Positions 1 to 7,974 of a stretch of 38,642 bases of DNA are shown here, piece by piece. The position numbers and the translations under genes were made by a program. Origin of the DNA: a virus (taxonomy: Duplodnaviria; Caudoviricetes); IMG/VR virus record IMGVR_UViG_3300025087_001385, positions 1 through 38,642 of that record; one strand, 5' to 3'. The first letter of the stretch is position 1. The number at the start of each line of letters is the position of its first letter. Under the pieces are notes generated by a model that had not been told where the DNA came from, did no database searches, and saw only the letters and a program-made list of their open reading frames with translations.

Positions 1-38
1 TCAAAAACTTTGCCTTCACTTACTGAGTATTTTCCCAT
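1..38 (-). CDS. 5' end of a gene running off the left edge (MGKYSVSEGKVF...)
   Basis: ATG at 38 on the minus strand, preceded by a GGAGGG Shine-Dalgarno (SD); open to the window edge; overlaps the HNH gene stop. Confidence 0.55.
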   Translation of the reverse strand, partial: MGKYSVSEGKVF

Positions 39-619
39 AAATAATCCCTCCCTTCTTCCCTTGATTTAGACGCCAGAAAGAAACCATCAGATCCGTCTAT
101 GGGAATAAATCTGATTTCTTTTGCGCTCTTTCTTGTATTACAAGATTGACAGAGAGGCTGTATATTTTCAATGTAGTCTGATCCGCCCAAACTTAAAGGA
201 ACAATGTGGTCTTCCGTTAATTTTATATCCGGCTCAAATTTCTTGCAACAGAGACACATATTACTAAAACCATGTTTAAGCTCAAGCCATTGAATGTAGG
301 TATGTGTGCCAATTGCACTTCTTTTACTCGCTTTATATCTTTGGTTTCTAAATCTTTTTTTCTCCAGTAATTCTGTCGCGCTTTTTCTTGGGCCGCGATA
401 GACGTGGGATTTGCGGATGCGCTCCATACATTTTTTATCTTTTGTTCTATATCCCAAATCCCAATAACACTTTTTACAAACCTTACTTTCCCGCCGAGCG
501 ACCTTGACACCACAATTTTCGCAGGAAGGAAAGCCACCTCTCCAATACCCATGCTTGCTTCCCGATAAATAACCTTTCACTCCTTTATTCCAAGGAACGC
601 ATCCTTTCTTAAATCCCAT
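20..619 (-). CDS. HNH homing endonuclease with PWNKG (NUMOD-like) N-terminal motif
   Basis: CLCC...LTEDHIVPLSLGGSDYIENIQPLCQSCN is an HNH core; N-terminus has PWNKG...WRGG and a CxxC pair. Start moved to ATG 619, which has an AGGAG SD. Confidence 0.85.
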   Translation of the reverse strand: MGFKKGCVPWNKGVKGYLSGSKHGYWRGGFPSCENCGVKVARRESKVCKKCYWDLGYRTKDKKCMERIRKSHVYRGPRKSATELLEKKRFRNQRYKASKRSAIGTHTYIQWLELKHGFSNMCLCCKKFEPDIKLTEDHIVPLSLGGSDYIENIQPLCQSCNTRKSAKEIRFIPIDGSDGFFLASKSREEGRDYLWENTQ

Positions 620-854
620 TTTCTCCTTTCTCTTCCTTTTCTTTATTGCTATCTTCAAATGATCCAGCGAGCCATCCAAGTAAATGATCCTTTCTCACCC
701 GGCGCAGGTTGTGGGATAAAACTATAACCGGCAGGGGATTGGATGGGTGGCGAAGATATCGGTGTAACGTGGACTCTGAAATGTCCAGATACCTCATCAC
801 TTCTTTAAAATTCATAAGCTCCGGGGCTTCGGCCAACCTGTCTTCATCACTCAT
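609..854 (-). CDS. excisionase/MerR-like helix-turn-helix DNA-binding protein
   Basis: LMNFKEVMRYLDISESTLHRY...LP...RRVRKDHLLGWL fits the Xis-like HTH pattern; ATG at 854. Confidence 0.8.
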   Translation of the reverse strand: MSDEDRLAEAPELMNFKEVMRYLDISESTLHRYLRHPSNPLPVIVLSHNLRRVRKDHLLGWLAGSFEDSNKEKEEKGENGI

Positions 855-860
855 GTTCGT

Positions 861-926
861 ATGATAATACAACTGTCATGGGGTTGTCAAGGGGGTATTG
901 ACAACCTGCATTGGGGAGAATAATAT
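861..926. promoter_or_regulatory. back-to-back divergent sigma70-type promoters
   Basis: Minus strand: TTGACA (890-885), 18 nt, TATCAT (866-861). Plus strand: TTGACA (898-903), 17 nt, TAATAT (921-926). The two -35 boxes form the inverted repeat GGTTGTCAA-N7-TTGACAACC. Confidence 0.75.
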
Positions 927-935
927 GTAAACATC

Positions 936-1235
936 ATGACTCCTCTTCGCATAGTTCGCCCAAGCTGGAATAACAATCAAGAACATCTGGATCGGATAGG
1001 TCGCGCCAAGAAATTTCCAATTGAAAAGATGTATGAGGGCAAGTTAAGAAAAATAGGCAGGGTGACGGTGGGCCTTTGTCCCTGGCACGAGGAGGACACG
1101 CCGAGTTTCGTGGTATACCCAGAAAATAACACCTGGTATTGTTTTGCCTGTTCGGTTGGTGGGGATGCGATAAGTTTCTATATCAAAAAAACCGGGAGCG
1201 GCTTTGTTCAAGCCATCGAAGAACTAACAAAATGA
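936..1235 (+). CDS. stand-alone CHC2 zinc finger (DnaG-type primase zinc-binding domain)
   Basis: GLCPWHEEDTPSF...WYCFACSVGGDAISF is the canonical CHC2 motif. Confidence 0.9.
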   Translation: MTPLRIVRPSWNNNQEHLDRIGRAKKFPIEKMYEGKLRKIGRVTVGLCPWHEEDTPSFVVYPENNTWYCFACSVGGDAISFYIKKTGSGFVQAIEELTK

Positions 1236-2821
1236 TTAATCTGGCCCGACAATATTTTAAAGACCATAACCTGTCTGAAGAATTTGTTAAAGATGAGGGC
1301 TGGAAGTGGGACGAAGAAAAAATTTGTATTCCGATAAGAGACAAGAATGGGATCGAAGTCTTTATCAAAGAGCGCCGTCTTCGGGGCGAGCCTAAATACT
1401 GGATGCCGCCGGGTACACACGCCACCTTGTTTAACTACTGGGCAGTCACGGCGAGGAGCTATGTGATCATCTCGGAGGGGGAGATGGACTGTACAAGACT
1501 TAAACAAGACGATATCCCCGCCGTATCGTCCACGGGTGGATCGGGGACATTTCTTAAGGAGTGGGTAGAGCTATTAAAAAACCATACTGTATTTATTTGT
1601 CTTGACAACGACGCCGCCGGCCGGAAAGGCACGGCCAAACTTTTGGAACTCATGCCGGAAGCCAGGGTTGTTACATTGCCAGCAGAAGGTAAAGATATTT
1701 GTGAATTTTTTGCCGCTGGTCATTCGCGGGCAGATTTTATTGGTCTTTTACAAGCGGCGCAAACAAAGGGCGGGTGGCTGATGGAGAACAAGCCGGAGGA
1801 CTACAAACTTTTAAGCGCTAAAGACTTATCAAAGAGAGACTTTCCTCTCCAACAATGGTTAATCAAGGACGTCATATACATGGAGGGATTTTGTTTTATT
1901 TATGGTCCAGAGGGGGTGGGCAAGAGTTTTATCGCCCTGTCGATCGCCCAGGCCTTGGCCACTGGACAAAAATGGTTAGACCGCTTTGATGTCCCCCGCT
2001 CGGCCAAAACCCTTTTTATAGATAAAGAGAACCCCCTTCCCATATTGGCAAAAAGAATAGTCGGGATGGGCATTGTCGGAGAGAATATCTTTTGGCTGGA
2101 GCGCCCGGAGAAGTTGGCCTTGGTTGAGAATGGCCAACCAACTAAATTTTCCAATTCGTTATACGAAGATGTGATTGAACTGGGAATTGACCTAATCATT
2201 GTTGATTCATTCGTTGATCTTATGGCTGGCAACGAAAACTCCGCCGAAGAAACCCAAAAGTTTTTCGACGCCATGCGTACTATTTTTCCCCACAAAGCCA
2301 TCCTAATTCTCCACCACGAGGGGAAACCTATCAAGGGAGATGGAAGGTCAGAGGCGCAACGCACTCGGGGCAGCACGAATATAAACGCCCAGACAATGAC
2401 CCAGTTCCGGCTGGAACAGGTTGCCAGGTCAAAAACAGAGATGACAATCAATCAAACCAAGGCTAGAGACACCTTGAGGCTTGATAAGTTTATGGTTCGG
2501 ATGGTCGTTGAAGAAAATGTGGATCAATCAACCACGGTGACGGGGTTTGAGTATCTGGGAGTGGTGAAAGATGCTGGCGCCGATGAAAAATCAGAAAAGA
2601 TTAGAGGATTTTTCGCCGACGCTTTTCAGGAAAGTGAAGTTATAGCCCGCGCGCAAATGATAGATATTTGCATGGGTGCCGGCATTAGTTCCGAATACCT
2701 GGATAAAGTAGTCAAAAATATGGTTAAAAGTAAAGAGATTAGTAAGGAAAAAGTCGGTCATAATATTTACTACAGAACGTTAGCTAGCGTGAAAACTGAA
2801 GATGATTTTGAGGCTAATTAG
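1232..2821 (+). CDS. TOPRIM primase fused to RecA-like (AAA_25/RepA) helicase
   Basis: TOPRIM motifs IISEGEMD and ICLDNDAAG; Walker A GPEGVGKS; Walker B LIIVDSF; ILHH and RGS motifs. ATG 1232 overlaps the upstream stop (ATGA). Confidence 0.9.
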   Translation: MINLARQYFKDHNLSEEFVKDEGWKWDEEKICIPIRDKNGIEVFIKERRLRGEPKYWMPPGTHATLFNYWAVTARSYVIISEGEMDCTRLKQDDIPAVSSTGGSGTFLKEWVELLKNHTVFICLDNDAAGRKGTAKLLELMPEARVVTLPAEGKDICEFFAAGHSRADFIGLLQAAQTKGGWLMENKPEDYKLLSAKDLSKRDFPLQQWLIKDVIYMEGFCFIYGPEGVGKSFIALSIAQALATGQKWLDRFDVPRSAKTLFIDKENPLPILAKRIVGMGIVGENIFWLERPEKLALVENGQPTKFSNSLYEDVIELGIDLIIVDSFVDLMAGNENSAEETQKFFDAMRTIFPHKAILILHHEGKPIKGDGRSEAQRTRGSTNINAQTMTQFRLEQVARSKTEMTINQTKARDTLRLDKFMVRMVVEENVDQSTTVTGFEYLGVVKDAGADEKSEKIRGFFADAFQESEVIARAQMIDICMGAGISSEYLDKVVKNMVKSKEISKEKVGHNIYYRTLASVKTEDDFEAN

Positions 2822-2834
2822 AAAAACTGAGGCT

Positions 2835-3039
2835 AGTACCACTCCAACTTTTTCGGAGTGGTACTGGACTGGTACTCTGGAGTGGTACTACTTTTCTGAC
2901 AAAAAGCCTATTTATCCACATTTATTTTTTGGAGTGGTACTCGGAGTGGTACTCGGAGTGGTACTACCCCTATGGCCTATAAAGCGGAGTGGTACTGGTG
3001 GTATACCCTTTAGGGTATTACCACTCCAGTACCACTCCG
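2835..3039. repeat. iteron array with DnaA box, probable replication origin
   Basis: GGAGTGGTACT direct copies at 2855, 2879, 2931, 2943, 2955 and 2986, with a variant at 2866; inverted copies at 2835 and 3028, with a variant at 3017; TTATCCACA at 2912-2920; lies directly after the primase-helicase. Confidence 0.85.
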
Positions 3040-3080
3040 ACTTCTTATTAGGTTTTCACGAAAATTGGAGGTGATTTTTG

Positions 3081-3254
3081 ATGGCAACAACTAGGATAAA
3101 AATTATTCAAATGGAGGAGGATGAAAGTATTGAGAACTTTTCCGCTAAGGTAAATATGTTTATGGCGGGAAAGAAGATTGTTTCCATCTCTCAATTCATT
3201 GAAGGTGAGGGGTTTACCTCAATTTTGATTGTTTATGAATCTTCCCAAAATTAA
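3081..3254 (+). CDS. small hypothetical protein, 57 aa (MATTRIKIIQMEEDESIENF...), not in the ORF track
   Basis: Strong GGAGGTG SD at 3067-3073; open frame; overlaps the next start. Confidence 0.7.
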   Translation: MATTRIKIIQMEEDESIENFSAKVNMFMAGKKIVSISQFIEGEGFTSILIVYESSQN

Positions 3255-3495
3255 ACATTTGTTTTTCAAGCTCCACTCCGCTTCGGCGTGGGCAAAGGAT
3301 CACCCCCAGGAGAAGGAGTCGCTTGTTTGGCAGGAGAAGGTGTTACCCACTCTTGATGGTTACTATGATGAGCTGGAAGCATTGGGAGTACCCAGGGAGT
3401 TTTCCATGTGCCTGTTCTGTTTTGGGATTGATTACTTGGTTGCTTATAAAAATTATATAAAAGAATTGCCTCTTGACAAGGACAAAAAGGTCTGA
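3235..3495 (+). CDS. hypothetical protein
   Basis: ORF packed in the operon with ATG 3235; no recognised motif. Confidence 0.65.
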   Translation: MNLPKIKHLFFKLHSASAWAKDHPQEKESLVWQEKVLPTLDGYYDELEALGVPREFSMCLFCFGIDYLVAYKNYIKELPLDKDKKV

Positions 3496-3501
3496 TAGGG
3501 T
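3473..3501 (+). promoter_or_regulatory. possible promoter for the transglycosylase gene
   Basis: TTGACA (3473-3478), 17 nt, then TAGGGT preceded by TGn; an AGGAGGTG SD follows. Confidence 0.45.
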
Positions 3502-3530
3502 AGTAGTAGGGTAGTCAGGAGGTGATAGAT

Positions 3531-4124
3531 ATGAACATAAATAAATTACCAAATTTGTTAAAGCCCATCCAGGGGGCGAAGCGGGGGGTATCTTGGAAGG
3601 CGAAAGCAACTGGCGGGGCGCTGGTGTTGGGGCTGGTTGGTGTCGGTATCTACATGGCTCTCAGGGGCGTTGTGGGCTTCTTTGACGGCCATACGTTCGT
3701 ATTTAGGCCTCTGATGACTATTGAGGTAAATCAGCCGGTGTCTGTCATTAAGCGCGAGCCACGGGTGGAGACGGTAGTTCAGATCATAAATGAGCTGAAG
3801 CCGTTGGACGGCGCCAGTCTCCCCATTGAGAAATATATTTGCGAGAAGTGGGGGGCGTATGACTGTAAGGCTGCCATTGCGATAGCCAGGGCCGAGTCTA
3901 AAATGAAAGAAGACGCGATTCACGCGAATAAGAATGGGACGGTTGATATTGGAATTTTCCAGATCAACTCAGTTCATTTTGGTAAAGTTGGCTGTTCTCT
4001 TAGAGAGTTGGCCGTTGCTGAAAGCAACGTAGATTGTGCCTACTCCATTTGGGAGCAGCAGGGGTGGAAGCCTTGGGCCGTTTATGGTAACGGCTCATTC
4101 ACCCGAGAGCTAAACGCCTTATGA
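3531..4124 (+). CDS. membrane-anchored lysozyme-like lytic transglycosylase
   Basis: N-terminal hydrophobic helix (GGALVLGLVGVGIYMAL); catalytic-type AES, DIGIFQINS and WKPW motifs. Confidence 0.8.
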   Translation: MNINKLPNLLKPIQGAKRGVSWKAKATGGALVLGLVGVGIYMALRGVVGFFDGHTFVFRPLMTIEVNQPVSVIKREPRVETVVQIINELKPLDGASLPIEKYICEKWGAYDCKAAIAIARAESKMKEDAIHANKNGTVDIGIFQINSVHFGKVGCSLRELAVAESNVDCAYSIWEQQGWKPWAVYGNGSFTRELNAL

Positions 4125-4140
4125 CAGATGGGGCGTTGAG

Positions 4141-4178
4141 AAACGGCGGGGCAGCTAATACCTTCCCCGCTCGTTTTT
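4141..4178 (+). terminator. intrinsic terminator
   Basis: AAACGGCGGGG...CCCCGCTCGTTTTT stem plus U-tract after the gene ending at 4124. Confidence 0.65.
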
Positions 4179-4184
4179 GTGGGG

Positions 4185-4193
4185 TGGTATAAT
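4185..4193 (+). promoter_or_regulatory. extended -10 promoter for the sugar operon (near-leaderless)
   Basis: TGGTATAAT with 8 nt to the gmhA ATG and no SD. Confidence 0.65.
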
Positions 4194-4201
4194 GGGTTTT
4201 A

Positions 4202-4657
4202 ATGACAGCTCAAGAAATTGTCAGTCTTCTGGTTAAGTGTTTTGAAAATGGTAATAAAGTATTGATTTGTGGGAACGGGGGAAGCGCTGCGCAATCCCAG
4301 CACATGGCCGCAGAGCTTATGGGAAAGTTTGAACTAGACCGACCCCCCCTACCAGCAATCGCTCTTTCAACTGATACTTCATTTTTAACGGCATGGTCTA
4401 ATGATGTCTCCTTTGGTGAGATTTTTCAGCGCCAGATACAAGCCTTAGGAAAACCTGGGGATGTTCTCATCGTTTTTTCGACAAGCGGTAAATCAAGGAA
4501 TTGTTTATTGGCAATTGCTCAAGCCAAAACTCAAGACTTAGAGATAGTAGACTGGCCCAGGGGGGAGAAAACGACGGCTCACACTCAGGAAAAACAGTTA
4601 AGCCAGATGCATAATGTGGTGAGGGCCGTTGAAAAGAAAATGTTTGGGGGGAATTGA
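4202..4657 (+). CDS. gmhA: D-sedoheptulose-7-phosphate isomerase (SIS domain)
   Basis: KVLICGNGGSAAQSQHMAAEL, PAIALSTD, SND, GDVLIVFSTSGKSRN and HTQE motifs; shorter than cellular GmhA. Confidence 0.92.
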   Translation: MTAQEIVSLLVKCFENGNKVLICGNGGSAAQSQHMAAELMGKFELDRPPLPAIALSTDTSFLTAWSNDVSFGEIFQRQIQALGKPGDVLIVFSTSGKSRNCLLAIAQAKTQDLEIVDWPRGEKTTAHTQEKQLSQMHNVVRAVEKKMFGGN

Positions 4658-4658
4658 G

Positions 4659-5570
4659 ATGAAAATATTGTCGCTCGCACCGTGCCGTATAAGTTTATTC
4701 GGCTCGGGTACTGATCTGCCAGAATTTGCTGACAAATATGGAGGCTTTTGTCTAAACATGGCAATAAATATCAGGCAGGAATTTATAATATCAAATGAAC
4801 TCAATTATATTTCTGACCACGACCCATTTGTTGGGAAGATTTTTGACGCCCTTGGGGAGTTGAGAATTGGTCACAAACAAAGATTCGATGGGATTATTAC
4901 TGGTGGAATTGGATCTAGCGCGGCTGCGACGGTAGCTATTGTGGGAGCAATAAATAAAATGAGAAATTTGGCAATGACCCGGACCGACATAGCTGAGCTG
5001 GCTTGGAAAATAGAGGTGGAAAGATTGGGGCTATATGGTGGGAGACAGGATCAATATTGTGCCGCTTTTGGTGGGGTCAGTGGTATGGAGTTTACAAAAG
5101 ACAAAGTAGTGGTTGTTTCCTTGTCCAGACAGTTTTTGGATAAATTGTCGAGCTCTGTTGTTTTATTTCATCTAGGGTTCAACCGAAAAAACCCCAATAT
5201 TCAAGAGGGATTCAGGAAATTATCTCAAGGGCAGGTGCTTTATTTGGGCCAAATTAAAAAACTTGTGACCGAAGCCGTACCACTTATTGGTAACGGAGAC
5301 ATTGAGGCCGCGGGTCGCTTGTTGCATAATTCATGGACTTTAAAAAAGAAGTCTAATAGGGGCGTTGGAAACTCAGAATTTGAAAAAGTTTATAAGAAGG
5401 CTCAAGAGTTGGGAGTCTGGGGAGGAAAGATTTGCGGTGCTGGCGGTGGGGGTTACTGTATATTTATGATAGATCCCGACAAGCGACAGAGTTTGATTGA
5501 TGGCTTGGGAATTAAATGGATAGATTACGACTGGGATTTTAACGGGCTTGATGTAAGGAGGATAGATTGA
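4659..5570 (+). CDS. hddA: GHMP-family heptose-7-phosphate kinase
   Basis: APCRISLFGSGTD, GIGSSAA, GGRQDQYCAAFGG and GGKICGAGGGG motifs; follows gmhA. Confidence 0.88.
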   Translation: MKILSLAPCRISLFGSGTDLPEFADKYGGFCLNMAINIRQEFIISNELNYISDHDPFVGKIFDALGELRIGHKQRFDGIITGGIGSSAAATVAIVGAINKMRNLAMTRTDIAELAWKIEVERLGLYGGRQDQYCAAFGGVSGMEFTKDKVVVVSLSRQFLDKLSSSVVLFHLGFNRKNPNIQEGFRKLSQGQVLYLGQIKKLVTEAVPLIGNGDIEAAGRLLHNSWTLKKKSNRGVGNSEFEKVYKKAQELGVWGGKICGAGGGGYCIFMIDPDKRQSLIDGLGIKWIDYDWDFNGLDVRRID

Positions 5571-6076
5571 TGGTTGGTCTGATCTTGTGTTCGGGTCGGG
5601 GAACTCGCTTGAAAGAAGAAACTAAGGATAAGCCTAAGTGTATGGTGGACATTTGTGGAAAGCCCGTTCTTGAACACATCGCTGACCACATGAATAAACA
5701 TGGAATTTGGAGGATTGTAGTTAACCTGCATCTGTTTCCAGAAGTAGTTATGAAGCATTTTGGGCAGAGATTTTTATATCTATATGAGCCAGTACCGATG
5801 GGAGAGTTTGCGACCATATCTTTAGTTAGAAGTTGGTTCCCCGATGAATTATTGGTAACCATGAACGGTGATACGATTACCGATCTAGACTTGTCCGAGA
5901 TTGTCGGGCGAGGTTGCTCGGGCAGGGTTTCTAGTGTCAAGACCCAAAGGCATATGGGAACGACTATATATTATCCCGGGATGCAACCAGATCACTCCAT
6001 GAACGTAGACTGCGATTATTGGGACATTGGTACTCCGGAAGGACTAGCCGCCGCTAGAAAACATTATGAACATTAA
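5567..6076 (+). CDS. hddC: sugar-1-phosphate nucleotidyltransferase (HddC-like, short)
   Basis: LILCSGRGTRL...PKCMV, NGD and C-terminal WDIGTPE motifs; gmhA-hddA context. Confidence 0.75.
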   Translation: MMVGLILCSGRGTRLKEETKDKPKCMVDICGKPVLEHIADHMNKHGIWRIVVNLHLFPEVVMKHFGQRFLYLYEPVPMGEFATISLVRSWFPDELLVTMNGDTITDLDLSEIVGRGCSGRVSSVKTQRHMGTTIYYPGMQPDHSMNVDCDYWDIGTPEGLAAARKHYEH

Positions 6077-6356
6077 ACTATTAATTAAATGCGGCGCTTG
6101 TGAATCAAGGGGTTTGAAAATGAATCTTGCTCAAGTTTTGCCAGACGGAAGAATTGCGGTTAGAAGATTTGACGAAAACAGCACGACGGTAATCGGGGGA
6201 GATAACATGTATATCCAATGCGGTCTATGTGGACAGATTTCGTTCAGGAGGGAGGTAAATTATGGAACAATACAAATGGTTAGTGAGCGGATCACGGGGA
6301 TTCTTGGGGTCGGGGTTGACGGCACAGTTGGAACGCTCTTCGCAGGAAGTAATTAG
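6066..6356 (+). CDS. small zinc-ribbon protein (CxxC...CxxC)
   Basis: IKCGAC...IQCGLC; start overlaps the upstream stop; 3' end overlaps the epimerase by 95 nt. Confidence 0.6.
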   Translation: MNIKLLIKCGACESRGLKMNLAQVLPDGRIAVRRFDENSTTVIGGDNMYIQCGLCGQISFRREVNYGTIQMVSERITGILGVGVDGTVGTLFAGSN

Positions 6357-7080
6357 GGGAGACAGGCTGTGTGAGTACGTTCCTAAGGTTGACAGGGTGG
6401 TGGACTTGGCGGCTTATGGAAACACGTCGGGACACGCTGGGGATATATATGAAATATACAGAGCCAATGTAATGCGGCCAATAAACTTAATTAAAGCTAT
6501 CCAAGCAGCCTCACCAGATTGTAAGTCGATTATATTTACTTCATCATCGTCGGTTTTGATTGATAAACAGACCCATTACTCCCTTAGTAAACAATTACTA
6601 GAAAAAATGGCGACAAAATTCGCAGAGGAACTCCACTTACCGATTGTGGTGATTCGCCCATCTACGGTAACGGGGCTGGGAGAAGCTGCTGCGAGACTTA
6701 TACCCAAACTTATTGACTCGTGTCTCAATGGAACTGAAATGCCATTTGTGACAGCCCCCACCCACGATTACGTGGATGTCAGGGATGTGGTAAGTGCCAT
6801 TTTATTGTTGTCCCAGGGGGCACGTGGGCTTGCAGGACGGGTGTTTAACGTCTCAAGCAATGTTTGTACCACTAACCAAGAGGTTTTGGAGATTGTGGAG
6901 GCAATTACCGGAAAGAAGGCGAATGTAAAACTGGTGAAATCTATGCGTCCTTATGACAATGACAAGTGGGTTGTGGACAATGGGGAAATGTTAAAATTGG
7001 GATGGAAGCCGGAGATTGGCTTGGCACAATCCATCCAGGGGATGGTTGAGTATGAACGACAAAGACCGGCAAAAATATGA
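6262..7080 (+). CDS. NAD-dependent sugar epimerase/dehydratase (extended SDR)
   Basis: VSGSRGFLG, DLAA, FTSSSSV, YSLSK and HDYVDVRD motifs; GGAGG SD. Confidence 0.9.
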   Translation: MEQYKWLVSGSRGFLGSGLTAQLERSSQEVIRGDRLCEYVPKVDRVVDLAAYGNTSGHAGDIYEIYRANVMRPINLIKAIQAASPDCKSIIFTSSSSVLIDKQTHYSLSKQLLEKMATKFAEELHLPIVVIRPSTVTGLGEAAARLIPKLIDSCLNGTEMPFVTAPTHDYVDVRDVVSAILLLSQGARGLAGRVFNVSSNVCTTNQEVLEIVEAITGKKANVKLVKSMRPYDNDKWVVDNGEMLKLGWKPEIGLAQSIQGMVEYERQRPAKI

Positions 7081-7213
7081 AGCTAGGAAATTACAAAGAC
7101 TCACTAGGAAATGTCCAGGTCACTGGATCAACAGGGGGATGGGGCTTAAAAACCGGGGTTGTTATGAAAATGGGGTATGTTTAATATGCAGGGGGAAACA
7201 AAATGACAAATAA
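7052..7213 (+). CDS. small basic Cys-containing hypothetical protein
   Basis: MNDKDRQKY...CLIC; fills the gap and overlaps both neighbours. Confidence 0.5.
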   Translation: MNDKDRQKYEARKLQRLTRKCPGHWINRGMGLKNRGCYENGVCLICRGKQNDK

Positions 7214-7400
7214 AGAAATTATTTATAACTCGAAATGTAAAACTTGTGGAATTATTGAACAAGAGGATAGACGACCGAGCAAGGAATATCCGGTTGTCGA
7301 ACAAGATGTGTGTGGAGATGGCCCAACACTACTGGCAAGGTTAATTTTGTGTGTTAATTGTTTGGCGAGGGAACATGAACAATCGAGAGAAAATACTTGA
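7203..7400 (+). CDS. small CxxC...CxxC hypothetical protein
   Basis: CKTC...CVNC; AGGGGG SD; coupled to its neighbours. Confidence 0.55.
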   Translation: MTNKEIIYNSKCKTCGIIEQEDRRPSKEYPVVEQDVCGDGPTLLARLILCVNCLAREHEQSRENT

Positions 7401-7974
7401 TATTTCTTTTCGCCACCATTTATCTCATGTTGGCTCTTGTCTAACGGCCCTTGGTATAATTGAAGAAATCTATGCCAGGAAAAAGCCAGAAGAAAAATTC
7501 ATCCTTGATGCTGGACATGCCCACCTCGCCCACGCTGTCGTACTGGAAAATTTCGGGGGGACTCCTGCGGAAAAGAGTATCGAATTATATGGGATTCACT
7601 GTGACAAGAGGGGGGGGTGCGACATATCGACTGGAAGTCTGGGACAAGGACTTCCGGTGGCTGTTGGTATCGCGCTTGCCGATAGGTCTAAAAATGTCTA
7701 TTGTTTGGTTTCTGATGGGGGTGCGGCTGAAGGGTCTATTTGGGAGGCTCTTAGGATTGCCAAGGAGCAAGGCCTCACCAATCTCAAAGTCTACCTTAAC
7801 GCCAACGGATTCGGAGCCTATCGAGCTGTGGATGTGGACTTGCTTGAAGCCCAAATCAGAGCAACGGGCTTCCCGGTTGAAATAAGGAGAACCGATCCAG
7901 GGCTGGGAACCTGGGCTGTTGGATTGCAGGCTCATTACAAACCTGGGGATGAGGAGCTTCTTGAAATTTCCTAA
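7375..7974 (+). CDS. transketolase, N-terminal TPP-binding subunit
   Basis: SHVGSCL, ILDAGHA, STGSLGQGL and SDGGAAEGSIWEA...N (variant GDG...N TPP motif). Confidence 0.88.
   Translation: MNNREKILDISFRHHLSHVGSCLTALGIIEEIYARKKPEEKFILDAGHAHLAHAVVLENFGGTPAEKSIELYGIHCDKRGGCDISTGSLGQGLPVAVGIALADRSKNVYCLVSDGGAAEGSIWEALRIAKEQGLTNLKVYLNANGFGAYRAVDVDLLEAQIRATGFPVEIRRTDPGLGTWAVGLQAHYKPGDEELLEIS

Noticed and set aside
2835-3039. Possible CRISPR array
   Set aside because: Repeats are 11 bp, irregularly spaced and in both orientations, with no unique spacers or cas genes.
2802-3074. 90-aa ORF containing GVVLGVVLGVVL
   Set aside because: It is a translation of the iteron array; no SD and no protein-like features.
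4653-4659. Additional ATTGAGA at the gmhA/hddA junction
   Set aside because: No upstream -10 box, hairpin or U-tract; explained by the TGA stop plus ATG start.
7610-7617. G8 tracts (also 9189, 15205, 28667) as phase-variation switches
   Set aside because: All are in frame within Gly codons in a genome with many G-runs; no frameshifted gene is seen.
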